NCBI GenBank assembly: GCA_020349885.1
Contig: CP070701.1
Span: 2,284,432 to 2,348,431 of the forward strand
DNA: 64,000 nucleotides
Direction of reading: 5' to 3'
DNA from: Acidobacteriota bacterium
Lineage (GTDB): Bacteria > Acidobacteriota > G020349885
The notes beneath the pieces were generated by a model that had not been told where the DNA came from, searched no databases, and was given only the letters and a program-made list of their open reading frames with translations. Position numbers and translations under genes: made by a program. Numbering within the stretch: position 1 is the stretch's first letter; each line of letters begins with the position of its first letter. Shown here piece by piece: positions 17,006 to 27,137 of this stretch.

Positions 17006-18256
17006 TCAACTCGCCTTGCGCGCCGAAGCTTTCTTCTTCGCCTGCGCGAATTCTTCGTGAACGCGGCGCCGCAGGTCGTCCGAGCTCAGGTAAGCGAGGC
17101 CGGTGAGGGCGAGTGCGCGTGCGGCGACGAGGAGCGCGTGCTGGCCGCGCTCGCTCTGCGTGGCGCGTCCGAACTCCGGCGTGTGCGCCGAAAGCTCGTC
17201 ACAAACCGAAATCATGGGATGAATGGCGGGAAGCGTATGGCTTACGGTTCCCATATCGAGCGAGCCCATTTTCTTGCGCGGCGTGCGGATAAGGCTCAGG
17301 CCCCCCTCCTCGATGTGCCGGCCGCACACCTCCGCAAGCGCCTGGTTCGTGCACATTTCGTAGAAGTAGTTTTCGGGATGACGGACTTCGAAACGGGCGC
17401 CGTGCGCTTGCGCGGCGGCCTGGGCCGTTTCACGAATCCGCTCGATGACGTAGTCCAGATAGTCGGTGTCGGCGGCGCGGACGCTGAAGATTCCCACGGC
17501 GCGGGCGGGAACGATGTTCTGGCGCGTGCCGCCCTCCTTGATGATTCCGGGAAATCGCACGTCGCTCCGAAGCTGCTTCTGAAGAAGCCCCAGGGACACG
17601 TAGAACGTTACCAGGGCATCCAGGGCATTAATGCCCAACTCGGGCGAAGACGCGGCGTGCGCTTCTTTGCCGTAAAAGATGACTTCCACCGGATACGCCG
17701 CGAGCGAGGTGGTGTTGACGCGGGTCTCGTTCGACGGGTGCACCATCATGGCCGTGTCGATGTCCTCGAACGCGCCGGCGCGAAGCATCTCGATTTTTCC
17801 GCCGATGGTCTCCTCGGCGGGAGTGCCCAAGAGAACGACGCTTCCCTCGAGCTCCCCGATCACGTCGCCCAGCGCGAGCGCCGCTCCCGTCGAGGCGGCC
17901 GCGATAAGGTTGTGGCCGCAGCCGTGCCCGATCTCATCGGGCAGGGCGTCGTATTCGGCCAGGTAGGCGACGCGCGGCCTCTCGGAGCGCCCCCGGCGCT
18001 CGGCGCGAAAGGCCGTTTCCAGGCCGCCCACGGGCTGCGTGACCTCGAAACCGTGCTCCTTGAGCACCGAGGCAAGGAAGGCAACGCTTTGACGCTCCTC
18101 GCCGCTTAGCTCGGGATTCTCGAAGAGCGTCCGGCTAATGCTTAAAATCGCCTCGCGGTGGCGCTCGAGGGCCTGTTCAACTCGCGGACTTAATGGAAAT
18201 TTTTCTGTCATAAGCAGCTTCTCTTCCATCGTGTGGATCTTTCCGGAGCAAGCCAA
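17006..18256 (-). CDS. M20D-family amidohydrolase (N-acyl-L-amino-acid amidohydrolase / hippuricase-like)
   Basis: Metal-binding and catalytic blocks AYLAEYDALP.IGHGCGHNL and GTPAEE.IGGK. The dimerisation-domain insert is typical of AmhX/AbgB/HipO-type M20D enzymes. Confidence 0.75.
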   Translation of the reverse strand: MACSGKIHTMEEKLLMTEKFPLSPRVEQALERHREAILSISRTLFENPELSGEERQSVAFLASVLKEHGFEVTQPVGGLETAFRAERRGRSERPRVAYLAEYDALPDEIGHGCGHNLIAAASTGAALALGDVIGELEGSVVLLGTPAEETIGGKIEMLRAGAFEDIDTAMMVHPSNETRVNTTSLAAYPVEVIFYGKEAHAASSPELGINALDALVTFYVSLGLLQKQLRSDVRFPGIIKEGGTRQNIVPARAVGIFSVRAADTDYLDYVIERIRETAQAAAQAHGARFEVRHPENYFYEMCTNQALAEVCGRHIEEGGLSLIRTPRKKMGSLDMGTVSHTLPAIHPMISVCDELSAHTPEFGRATQSERGQHALLVAARALALTGLAYLSSDDLRRRVHEEFAQAKKKASARKAS

Positions 18257-18267
18257 TTCTTCAAAAA

Positions 18268-18712
<445 letters not shown>

Positions 18713-18822
18713 ACGTCAGTGTAGCACACATGACAGGCCTTGGGGAAACCGGGAGGGGGCTATGGGGGATTTCCCGCCCACGTTGACTCGCCTTTCGGCG
18801 AAACATAGCATGGGCACGCGTC

Positions 18823-20499
18823 ATGACGCGTGCCTACTCTGCTCTACGAACACAGGCGCTCTGGTCGCTCGTGGGACTTGGAGCGGTGCTGGGGCTGCTC
18901 ACTTTCATGCTGGTGCGCAAAGCTGGCGAGCCCCTTCGCGGCTATGGGCACGGCTACTGGGATGACGCCATGGCGCTGATAGCCGCGCAGCGATTCGGCG
19001 AAGAGGGATTTCTCTCGGAGCGCTTCGCCCCCCATCTTCAGTTCGGGCCTCTGGAGGAGGCTCCCATGGGACAGCGCTATCCTTATCTCCACTCCCAGCC
19101 TTTGACGTTTATTTCCGCAGGCCTTTTCCATAAAGCAGGCATACAAACGCTTCTGGGGTTGCGCATCGTAGCCATATTCTTTCACACGGCCGGCATGGCC
19201 TGCTTCTTTTTGCTCCTACGGCGTATTACGAAAGATGCCTCGCTGGCGCTCCTTGCCACGGCGTTTGCATCCTTTGCGCTGCCGCTCTACATTTTCGCGG
19301 ACAGCCTCAAGGTGAACCCTGGTGTTTTCGTGCTTACATTCGGGCCTCTTCTCTTGTGGCACGTTTCGGTGGAACGCCCCCAACTCCGTGCTTCCCTGTG
19401 GTTTTGGGTCAATGCCTTGTTTTTGCTCCAGGGCCTCTATTTGCTGGTGGAGTACTGGCTCTACGCCCACGCCTTTCTCTGGCTTTATGCCTTTGCGTTT
19501 GGTATTCCCTGGCCCAAGCGTCATCTGTTGTGGCTTGTGCCGGGGCATGGGCTCGCTCTCGTCCTGACGCTTGCCCGCAACGCCTGGTACCTGGGATTTG
19601 GTAACGCCGCCCGGGACCTTTTTCAGGTTGTGCTCTGGCGCATCGGAGGATTCAGCTACCAGGGCTACGGCGCAGGTTCGACGGAAGGAGCGTTTTCGTG
19701 GGCGGCACACATCGAAAAATTTCTGTACCGTTTTCCCGACACTTTCGCGGTTTTCCGATGGCTTCCTCACTCTGGGAAAGCGTTCCTGCTTATCGCGGCC
19801 GCTTCGCTTGGCTGGCTCTGGTGGACACGCAGTCGGTGCGCGGAGAATTCTTCCAAAGACCCGCTTCACCGCTCCTGGTGTCTGGGGCTCGTCTTGTTCG
19901 GAGCCGCCTTGCCCTATTTTATTTTTTTCGCGCAGGGCGTCATGGTGCACTATTTCCCGGTAGGAGACTTTGCTCCGGGCGTGTCGGTTATAATGGCCGC
20001 GGCGATACTCGGGCTTCGGAACATGCGGGATCGGGCCTCTTCCCCGGCTGCCCGGCGAAGTTTCACCATGCTGGGCTTTGCGGCGGCCTTTTTGAGCCTC
20101 GCCCTCAACGTGGATTTCTGCCGCCGCTTTGAAACCGACCCGGAATTTAAGGGCCGCTATGCCGATGCGCGGGCTGTGGACCGGTTTCTTCCTTCCGGCG
20201 CCCTTGTCGGCCACTCGACCTTTCTGCCGGCGCTTTTCTACTACACGAACCGTCCCTTCGTGCAGAATCTTCTCACGCCCGAGGACGTGGAGCGCTTCCG
20301 GGCCGAGGTGTCGCGTCAGCATCCCGGCCGTCCCCTTTACTTTGTTATGGCTCCGCCCGTCAATGCCTCGGTGGATGCGCTCTGGCCGCACCTTGACGCC
20401 CTTTACGTTCCCGTGCTGAGGGTTCCGAGCCTTCGCATGGTCGTTTACGATCTGGGTCAACGCGGGCCGGAATCCGTCTCCGACGGAAAAAATAGATAA
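18823..20499 (+). CDS. Hypothetical polytopic membrane protein (GT-C-fold glycosyltransferase-like, ArnT/PMT-like topology)
   Basis: At least 10 predicted TM helices with a large C-terminal soluble region. No strong motif; assignment by architecture only. Confidence 0.35.
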   Translation: MTRAYSALRTQALWSLVGLGAVLGLLTFMLVRKAGEPLRGYGHGYWDDAMALIAAQRFGEEGFLSERFAPHLQFGPLEEAPMGQRYPYLHSQPLTFISAGLFHKAGIQTLLGLRIVAIFFHTAGMACFFLLLRRITKDASLALLATAFASFALPLYIFADSLKVNPGVFVLTFGPLLLWHVSVERPQLRASLWFWVNALFLLQGLYLLVEYWLYAHAFLWLYAFAFGIPWPKRHLLWLVPGHGLALVLTLARNAWYLGFGNAARDLFQVVLWRIGGFSYQGYGAGSTEGAFSWAAHIEKFLYRFPDTFAVFRWLPHSGKAFLLIAAASLGWLWWTRSRCAENSSKDPLHRSWCLGLVLFGAALPYFIFFAQGVMVHYFPVGDFAPGVSVIMAAAILGLRNMRDRASSPAARRSFTMLGFAAAFLSLALNVDFCRRFETDPEFKGRYADARAVDRFLPSGALVGHSTFLPALFYYTNRPFVQNLLTPEDVERFRAEVSRQHPGRPLYFVMAPPVNASVDALWPHLDALYVPVLRVPSLRMVVYDLGQRGPESVSDGKNR

Positions 20500-20521
20500 A
20501 AAGAGCTTCATGTGGTATACT
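20493..20521 (+). promoter_or_regulatory. Extended -10 promoter (TGgTATACT) upstream of icd
   Basis: tgtgGTATACT at 20511-20521 with a weak -35 (TAGATA) 17 nt upstream. GTG start of icd at 20591. Confidence 0.35.
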
Positions 20522-20590
20522 GGGGCGAGGCTGCGCATGCGCCGCCGAGAGTCGTGGGAACAATACGCTTGACCAGAAAGGAATAACACC

Positions 20591-21832
20591 GTGTGGAAAA
20601 CCATCCAGGTACCTGAAGGGGGAGAGCGCATCGAGTTGGCAGACGGGGGAGTGAAGACCCCGCATCATCCCTATGTGGGTTATATCGAAGGCGACGGCAT
20701 CGGCCCCGACATTTGGCGCACCACGAAGCGGATCCTGGACGCCTCGGTGGAGAAGGCCTACGGAGGGAAGCGCCGCATCGTGTGGGTGCAGCTTCTGGCG
20801 GGAGAGCTTGCCAAGGAGCGCACCGGGGAATGGCTTCCCGAAGAGACCCTGGAGGCCATCCGGTATTTCCGCGTCGCCATTAAAGGGCCCCTGACCACGC
20901 CCATAGGCGGAGGCTTCCGGAGTCTCAACGTCACCATCCGCCGGCGACTCGACCTGTACGCGTGCGTCCGCCCCGTGCGCTACTTCGAGGGTGTGCCCAG
21001 CCCGGTCAAGAACCCTGAGAAGCTGAACGTGGTCATCTTTCGGGAAAACACCGAGGATGTATACACGGGCATTGAGTGGGCCGCCGACACGCCGGAGGCT
21101 GAGCGCCTTTGGGATTTTCTGACGAAAGGCATGGGCGCTGAAATCCGCGAGCGCAGCGCCGTCGGCATCAAGCCCGTGAGTGCCTTCGCCACGAAGCGCC
21201 TCATCCGCCGCGCCATCCAGTACGCCATCAAGCGCGGCCGGCCGAGCGTCACGCTGATGCACAAAGGGAACATTATGAAATTCACCGACGGGGCTTTCCG
21301 GGACTGGGGCTACGAGCTTGCGCGCGAGGAATTTTCCGACAGCGTCATCAGCGAAAGCGCACTTTGGGAGCAGCACAACGGCAAGCTTCCCGGGGGGAAG
21401 GTCTTGTTGAAGGACCGCCTCGCGGACTCTATGTTTCAGCAGCTTCTTCTGCGTCCCGACGAATACAGCGTCGTTGCAACGCTGAACCTGAACGGCGACT
21501 ATGTCTCGGACGCGTCCGCGGCGCAGGTGGGCGGCCTGGGGATGGCCCCCGGCGCCAACATCGGCGACGAGGCGGCCGTGTTCGAGGCCACTCACGGCAC
21601 CGCTCCCAAGTACGCCAACCTGGACAAGGTGAATCCCGGCTCGCTCATCCTCTCTGGCGTCCTCATGCTGGAGCACATGGGCTGGCAGGAGGCCGCGGAC
21701 TTGATTATAAGGGGCCTTGAGCGCACCATCGCCCAGAAGACCGTGACGTACGACCTGGCGCGCCAGATGGAGGGCGCGAAGGAAATCAAATGTTCCGAGT
21801 ACGGCGAGGAGGTTGTGAAGAATTTTGCATGA
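20591..21832 (+). CDS. icd: NADP-dependent isocitrate dehydrogenase
   Basis: Full-length homodimeric IDH match ([46 protein letters not shown]). Confidence 0.9.
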   Translation: MWKTIQVPEGGERIELADGGVKTPHHPYVGYIEGDGIGPDIWRTTKRILDASVEKAYGGKRRIVWVQLLAGELAKERTGEWLPEETLEAIRYFRVAIKGPLTTPIGGGFRSLNVTIRRRLDLYACVRPVRYFEGVPSPVKNPEKLNVVIFRENTEDVYTGIEWAADTPEAERLWDFLTKGMGAEIRERSAVGIKPVSAFATKRLIRRAIQYAIKRGRPSVTLMHKGNIMKFTDGAFRDWGYELAREEFSDSVISESALWEQHNGKLPGGKVLLKDRLADSMFQQLLLRPDEYSVVATLNLNGDYVSDASAAQVGGLGMAPGANIGDEAAVFEATHGTAPKYANLDKVNPGSLILSGVLMLEHMGWQEAADLIIRGLERTIAQKTVTYDLARQMEGAKEIKCSEYGEEVVKNFA

Positions 21833-21891
21833 GCCCTATTTGAGAAAAATCGGAATGTAAGCAACCACCAAACACTACAGGAGTTTCCGCT

Positions 21892-22818
21892 ATGCGAGCA
21901 AAAATTACCGTTGTAGGAGCAGGCCATGTGGGAGAAGTCACGGCCCAGCGCCTCGTGGACAAGGGGCTGGGCGACGTTGTCCTGGTGGACATCCTTGAAG
22001 GCATCCCGCAGGGCAAGGGGTTGGACATCCTGGAATCGGCGCCCGTCGAGAAGTCCGACTGCCGCATCTTCGGCACGAACGACTACGGCGAGACGGCCGA
22101 CTCGGACATTGCCGTCATCACGGCGGGCTCGCCGCGCAAGCCCGGAATGAGCCGCGACGATTTGCGCAACGTCAATTTCAACATCGTCAAGAGCGTGACC
22201 GAGGAAGTCGTCAAGAGGTCGCCGAAGGCGGTGCTGGTCGTCGTGTCGAATCCGCTCGACGTGATGACCTACGTGGCGTACAAAGTGAGCGGCTTCCCCC
22301 GCGAGCGGGTAGTCGGCATGGCCGGCATTTTGGATACGGCCCGTTTCAGCGCCTTCATCGCCGAGGAGCTCAAGGTGTCGGTCGATAACATCCAGACCTT
22401 GGTGCTCGGCGGCCACGGCGACTCCATGGTGCCGCTTGCGCGCTACTCGACCGTGGCGGGCGTGCCGCTTTCTGAGCTTCTTCCCAAGGAAAAGCTCGAC
22501 GCTCTGATTCAGCGCACGCGCGACGGCGGCATCGAGATCGTGAACTACCTCAAGACGGGAAGCGCCTATTACGCGCCTTCCTCGGCCGCGGTCGAGATGG
22601 TGGACGCCATCCTCTACGACCGCCGCAAGATCCTGCCCTGCTCCGCGTACCTCGAAGGCGAGTACGGCGCAAGCGGCGTCTTCGCGGGCGTTCCCGTCAT
22701 TCTCGGCGAGGGCGGCATCAAGGGCATCTTTGAGGTCCGGCTCACCAAGGACGAGGAACAAGCCTTTCAAAAGTCCGTCGCGGGCGTGAAGAAGAACATC
22801 GACAAGCTGGAATTTTAG
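21892..22818 (+). CDS. mdh: Malate dehydrogenase (LDH-like MDH)
   Basis: [38 protein letters not shown] and [10 protein letters not shown] motifs. SD CAGGAG upstream. Confidence 0.9.
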   Translation: MRAKITVVGAGHVGEVTAQRLVDKGLGDVVLVDILEGIPQGKGLDILESAPVEKSDCRIFGTNDYGETADSDIAVITAGSPRKPGMSRDDLRNVNFNIVKSVTEEVVKRSPKAVLVVVSNPLDVMTYVAYKVSGFPRERVVGMAGILDTARFSAFIAEELKVSVDNIQTLVLGGHGDSMVPLARYSTVAGVPLSELLPKEKLDALIQRTRDGGIEIVNYLKTGSAYYAPSSAAVEMVDAILYDRRKILPCSAYLEGEYGASGVFAGVPVILGEGGIKGIFEVRLTKDEEQAFQKSVAGVKKNIDKLEF

Positions 22819-22845
22819 CGTCACCCTTGCCGCGCGGCGCGGCAG

Positions 22846-22854
22846 TGGTATAAT
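22846..22854 (+). promoter_or_regulatory. Extended -10 element TGgTATAAT only 9 nt upstream of the ATG (near-leaderless transcript)
   Basis: cagTGgTATAATtagggggttATG. Preceded by the GC palindrome gccgcgcggcgcggc, a possible mdh terminator. Confidence 0.35.
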
Positions 22855-22863
22855 TAGGGGGTT

Positions 22864-23634
22864 ATGCCCCAAACGCCGGAGCGCATCGTTTCCCTGGCTC
22901 CAAGCCACACGGAAATCCTGTTCGCCCTCGGCCTCGAGCAGCGCATCGTCGGTGTCACCGACCATTGCGACTACCCGCTCGCCGCGCGCCTGCAGGCCAA
23001 GGTGGGCGGCTGGCTTGCGGTGGAGAGCGAGAAGGTGGCGGCCCTGCGCCCCGACCTGGTCCTGACCGCGTCGTCTCTTCAGGACAAAATCGCCGAGAGC
23101 CTCAAGAAACTGGGCCTTCGGGTTGAGCGGTTCAATCCGGTTTTGTTCGAGGAGGTCTGCGACACCGTGCTCGACGTGGGCGGCCTCACCGGCCGCCAGG
23201 CCGACGCCTACCGCGTCGTGAAGGCCATGCGCTCCCACATCCGGCGGCTGCGCGAGTCGCGCACCAACGGGAAACCCAAGCTCCGGGTTTACGTCGAGGA
23301 ATGGAGCGAGCCGCCCACGGCGTCTGGCAACTGGGTGTCGGACCTGGCCCTGGCGTGCGGCGCGCAGCCCTTTCTGAAGTCGGGGGAGGCGAGCCGCCCC
23401 GTGGAGATCGAGGAGCTCAAGAAGTTCGACCCCGAGGTCATCGTTCTCTCTTGGTGCGGCTACGGCGAGCGCATGAACCCGGCGGAGGTCTACGTCCGCG
23501 AGGGCTGGCAGGACCTGAGGGCGTGCAGTGAGGGCAACGTGTTCGTGGTTCATGATTCGCTCCTGACCCGCCCAGGCCCGCGCCTTTCCCAGGGCGCCCA
23601 GCGCCTGGCGCGGATTCTGGACGGCGCCCGCTGA
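22864..23634 (+). CDS. BtuF/TroA-like (class III periplasmic binding protein fold) cobalamin- or metal-chelate-binding protein, no obvious signal peptide
   Basis: RIVSLAPSHTEILFALGL..RIVGVTDHCDYP ... PDLVL ... VIVLSWCGYG is the BtuF-like pattern. The N-terminus lacks a hydrophobic leader. Confidence 0.55.
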   Translation: MPQTPERIVSLAPSHTEILFALGLEQRIVGVTDHCDYPLAARLQAKVGGWLAVESEKVAALRPDLVLTASSLQDKIAESLKKLGLRVERFNPVLFEEVCDTVLDVGGLTGRQADAYRVVKAMRSHIRRLRESRTNGKPKLRVYVEEWSEPPTASGNWVSDLALACGAQPFLKSGEASRPVEIEELKKFDPEVIVLSWCGYGERMNPAEVYVREGWQDLRACSEGNVFVVHDSLLTRPGPRLSQGAQRLARILDGAR

Positions 23635-23645
23635 AGGCAAAACGC

Positions 23646-24578
23646 GTGCCGGCGACGCGCCGCGTCGAGCGGGAAGAGACGCTCCGCGTGGACCGGGGCG
23701 GCGCGGGGAAACGCCTCGACCGTTTTCTCCGGGAGAGACTGCCGCACCTGAGCCGCTCGTTTCTCCAAAAACTCATCGAGAAGGGGAGCGTTGAGCGGAA
23801 CGGGGCGCCCTCGCTCAAGCCTTCCGTCAAGGTCGAATACGGCGACCGCGTCCGCGTCGTCGTCCCGTTTCCGAAAAAGTCCGAGACCCGGCCGGAGGAT
23901 ATTCCCCTGAGCATCCTGTACGAGGATTCCGACGTGGCCGTCGTGGACAAGCCCGCCGGCATGGTGGTGCACCCCGCGCCCGGCCACTGGAGCGGCACCC
24001 TCGTGAACGCCCTTCTCCACCGCCTGCAAGATCTCTCGGGCATCGGCGGCACCGAGCGCCCCGGCCTGGTCCACCGCCTCGACAAGGACGTCTCGGGGCT
24101 CCTGCTCGTGGCAAAGCACGACCGCGCGCACCGTGCGCTCTCCGCGGCGTTCAAGGCGCGCCGCGTGGACAAGGTCTACCTGGCGCTCGTCCGGGGGCGC
24201 GTCCGGAAGAACGAGGGGCGGATCGAGGAGCCCGTAGCGCGGCACCCCCGCAACCGGAAGAAGATGGCCGTCATGGAGGGCGGGCGCGCGGCGCTCACGC
24301 TCTACCGGGTCCTGGAGAGGCTCTCCGGCGCGACGCTCCTCGAGGTCAACCTCAAGACCGGCCGCAGCCACCAGGCCCGCGTCCACCTCGCGCACGTCGG
24401 CCACCCGATCCTGGGCGACGCCGTCTACGGCGGCGACAAGGGGCCTGGCGCTCCCCTGGACCGCATCGCGCTCCACGCCTGGCGTCTCACGCTGCGCCAT
24501 CCGGGCACGGGACTGCCCATCTCCTTCGAGGCGCCCGTGCCCGAGGAGATGCGGGCGCTCGCGGACGGGCTGAGGTAG
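23646..24578 (+). CDS. rluD: 23S rRNA pseudouridine synthase, RluD/RluA family
   Basis: S4-like N-terminal domain plus catalytic VVDKPAGMVVHP and HRLDKDVSGLLLVAK. GTG start. Confidence 0.85.
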   Translation: MPATRRVEREETLRVDRGGAGKRLDRFLRERLPHLSRSFLQKLIEKGSVERNGAPSLKPSVKVEYGDRVRVVVPFPKKSETRPEDIPLSILYEDSDVAVVDKPAGMVVHPAPGHWSGTLVNALLHRLQDLSGIGGTERPGLVHRLDKDVSGLLLVAKHDRAHRALSAAFKARRVDKVYLALVRGRVRKNEGRIEEPVARHPRNRKKMAVMEGGRAALTLYRVLERLSGATLLEVNLKTGRSHQARVHLAHVGHPILGDAVYGGDKGPGAPLDRIALHAWRLTLRHPGTGLPISFEAPVPEEMRALADGLR

Positions 24579-24625
24579 GCAAAGAAAAGTTGCGCCCTGC
24601 CGCTCGCGGCTGTTATGCTTTTGCG

Positions 24626-25414
24626 ATGCTTAAGTCCACGCGGGCACTGGTGCTCGACGCCAGGCCGCTCGGAGAGAACGATCTGGTCGTCGCGCTTCTG
24701 GAGGAGTCGGGCGCATTGCGCCGCGCCTCGGTGCGCGGGGGGCAGAGCGCGCGCCACCCATGGGTCGGGTGCTTCCTACTCTGGAGCGAAGTGGAGGCAG
24801 CATTCGAGGCCCACGACGGGCCGGACAGGTCCGGACTCGCGCGCCTCGAGTTGTGCACGCTCGTGCGCTCGCGCTTCGACTCGTTCGCCGACGCGGAGGC
24901 GGGCGCCTACCTGCATGCGCTCGCCGGCCTGGCGCGCTCGCTCGCGCAGGAAGGGCTCGAGCGGCCGCCGCTCTACCGCCTCATGCACGAGGCGCTCGAC
25001 GTCGCGGAGGAGGGGCGGCGCGCCGCGACGCTTCTTTACGCGAGCGCCTGGGCGCTCCGCTTCGAGGGAATTTTTCCGGACCCCAGGCGCTGCACCGAGT
25101 GCGGCCGCGCGTTCGGGGCACGGGGCGCGTGGTGGCTTAGAAAGAGCCGCGCGCTCGCGTGCGAGCGGTGCTACAAGGGGAAGGCCGCTCCCGCGCTCGA
25201 CGCCGAGGCCCTCCGTGTGCTCGGGCGGGTCCTGCGCGAGCGGCCCGGCGTTTTCGCCCGCTCGCCGCTTCCGCACAGGGCGGTGCGCCGCGCGGGCCGC
25301 TTCGTGGAAAAAGTCTTCGACGACTGCCTCGGCCTGCGCCTGAACCCTCTTACGGATTTCGAAAAAACAGCCGCCCGCGCCGCGCGGCCGCGGCGGCGGA
25401 GCGTTGCGGCATGA
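24626..25414 (+). CDS. recO: DNA repair protein RecO
   Basis: OB-fold N-terminus (ALVLDARPLGENDLVVALLEESG...). C-terminal zinc-finger-like CTECGR...CERC. Standard size and the recO-glyQ adjacency. Confidence 0.7.
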   Translation: MLKSTRALVLDARPLGENDLVVALLEESGALRRASVRGGQSARHPWVGCFLLWSEVEAAFEAHDGPDRSGLARLELCTLVRSRFDSFADAEAGAYLHALAGLARSLAQEGLERPPLYRLMHEALDVAEEGRRAATLLYASAWALRFEGIFPDPRRCTECGRAFGARGAWWLRKSRALACERCYKGKAAPALDAEALRVLGRVLRERPGVFARSPLPHRAVRRAGRFVEKVFDDCLGLRLNPLTDFEKTAARAARPRRRSVAA

Positions 25415-26277
25415 CGCTCCAGGCACTGATGGCGGCGCTCGAGTCCTTCTGGGAGAAGGAGGGCTGCGTCCGCCTGTTCCCCTACGACGTCGAGAAGGGC
25501 GCGGGCACGATGAACCCGGCGACCTTTTTCAAGGTGCTCGGCCCCGAGCCGTGGCGCGTCGTGTATTTCGAGCCGTCGCGCCGCCCCGCCGACGGCCGCT
25601 ACGGCGACAACCCGCAGCGCCTGGAGAAACACCTCCAGCTCCAGGTGGTCTTGAAGCCCTCGCCCGCGGACGTGCAGGACGTGTACCTGCGGAGCCTCGC
25701 GGCCATAGGAATCGACCTCAAGCGGCACGACGTCCGGTTCGATGAGGATAACTGGGAGGCGCCGACGCTCGGGGCGCAGGGCGTCGGGTGGCAGGTGCTG
25801 GTGGACGGCTGCGAGATAACGCAGTTCACCTACTTCCAGCAGGCGGGCGGCGTCGAGCTCGAAAAAATCTCCGTGGAGCTCTCCTACGGCATGGAGCGCA
25901 TTGCCCTTTTTCTGAGCGGCGCGGAGAGCGTTTACGATCTGAAGTGGAACGATGAGTTCTCCTACGAGCAGATCCGCCGCGAGGCGGAAAGGGAATTCTC
26001 CAGGTTCAACTTCGAGCTCGCCGACATTGAGCGCCACAGGGAATCTTTTCGCCTCGCCGAGGAGGAGGCGAAGAGTCTTCTCGCGCAGAAGCCGCCGTGC
26101 GTCCTTCCCGCCTACGACTACGTGCTGAAGTGCTCTCATTACTTCAACGTGCTCGACGCGCGCGGCGCCGTCGGCGCGACCGAGCGCGCGAACACCATCC
26201 GGCGCATACGCCGCTTGGCGTGCAAGTGCGCGGAAGGTTACCTCAAGGCGCGCCGGCCCGAAGCCGAAAGAGAATGA
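25411..26277 (+). CDS. glyQ: Glycine--tRNA ligase alpha subunit
   Basis: Highly conserved GlyQ sequence (LQ..M..L..FW...GC....PYD.E.GAGTMNPATF...LGPEPW...Y.EPSRRP.DGRYG.NPNRL). ATG overlaps the recO stop (ATGA). Confidence 0.92.
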   Translation: MTLQALMAALESFWEKEGCVRLFPYDVEKGAGTMNPATFFKVLGPEPWRVVYFEPSRRPADGRYGDNPQRLEKHLQLQVVLKPSPADVQDVYLRSLAAIGIDLKRHDVRFDEDNWEAPTLGAQGVGWQVLVDGCEITQFTYFQQAGGVELEKISVELSYGMERIALFLSGAESVYDLKWNDEFSYEQIRREAEREFSRFNFELADIERHRESFRLAEEEAKSLLAQKPPCVLPAYDYVLKCSHYFNVLDARGAVGATERANTIRRIRRLACKCAEGYLKARRPEAERE

Positions 26278-27137
26278 CGAACAAGATCTACTTCGGCGAC
26301 AACCTTCCGATACTCCGCGAGATGGAATCGGAATCGGTCAACCTCATCTACATCGACCCGCCGTTCAACACGGGGAAGGCACAGCGGCGCACGCAAATCA
26401 AGACCGTCCGCTCCGAGGGGGGCGACCGCACGGGCTTCGCCGGGCGGCGCTACGAGACCGTCAAGGTGGGGACGAAGGCGTACCACGACCTGTTTGACGA
26501 CTACCTAGCATTTTTGGAGCCGCGCCTCCGGGAGGCGCACCGGATTCTCACTGCCGACGGCACTCTCTGCTTCCACATCGACTGGCGCGAGGCGCACTAC
26601 TGCAAAATTCTGCTCGACGAAATCTTCGGGCGAGATTCTTTTCTGAACGAGATCATATGGGCCTACGACTACGGCGCGCGCACAAAGAAAAAGTGGTCCG
26701 CGAAGCACGACACGATTTTCCTCTATGTGAAGGACCCCAAGAATTACGTCTTCAACTACGACGAGATCGAAAGAATTCCCTACATGGCGCCCGGCCTCGT
26801 GGGGAAGGAGAAAGCGGAGCGCGGCAAGACTCCCACCGATGTCTGGTGGCATACGATCGTCAGCCCGACAGGAAAAGAAAAAACAGGTTATCCTACACAG
26901 AAGCCAAGACGCATTATTGATTGGCTGGTACGAACCCATAGCTGCCCTGGTGATATAGTAATGGATTTCTTCGCTGGTAGCGGCACTGCTGGCGAGGCGG
27001 CGCACCTCCTGGGCCGGCGGTTTATTTTGATTGACGACAACCCCGAGGCGCTGGAGGTGATGGCGAAGAGGTTTGCGGAGATGAAGGAAGTGGAGTTCGT
27101 CGGCTACCACCCGCAAAAGAGGTCGGCCCGTGCCTAG
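26274..27137 (+). CDS. Beta-class N6-adenine/N4-cytosine DNA methyltransferase (DPPF motif), orphan, inserted between glyQ and glyS
   Basis: Motif IV IYIDPPFNTG near the N-terminus and motif I IVMDFFAGSGTAG near the C-terminus, the circularly permuted beta-class order seen in CcrM/M.HinfI-like enzymes. TGYPTQKP block present. ATG overlaps the glyQ stop (ATGA), and the glyS GTG start overlaps its own 3' end. Confidence 0.8.
   Translation: MTNKIYFGDNLPILREMESESVNLIYIDPPFNTGKAQRRTQIKTVRSEGGDRTGFAGRRYETVKVGTKAYHDLFDDYLAFLEPRLREAHRILTADGTLCFHIDWREAHYCKILLDEIFGRDSFLNEIIWAYDYGARTKKKWSAKHDTIFLYVKDPKNYVFNYDEIERIPYMAPGLVGKEKAERGKTPTDVWWHTIVSPTGKEKTGYPTQKPRRIIDWLVRTHSCPGDIVMDFFAGSGTAGEAAHLLGRRFILIDDNPEALEVMAKRFAEMKEVEFVGYHPQKRSARA

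Noticed and set aside
16924-17106. 60-aa ORF with a strong AAGGAGG SD and TTG start
   Set aside because: Antisense to the 3' end of the M20 amidohydrolase, with no homology. The SD-like sequence is part of the palindrome/terminator region. Kept only as a note.
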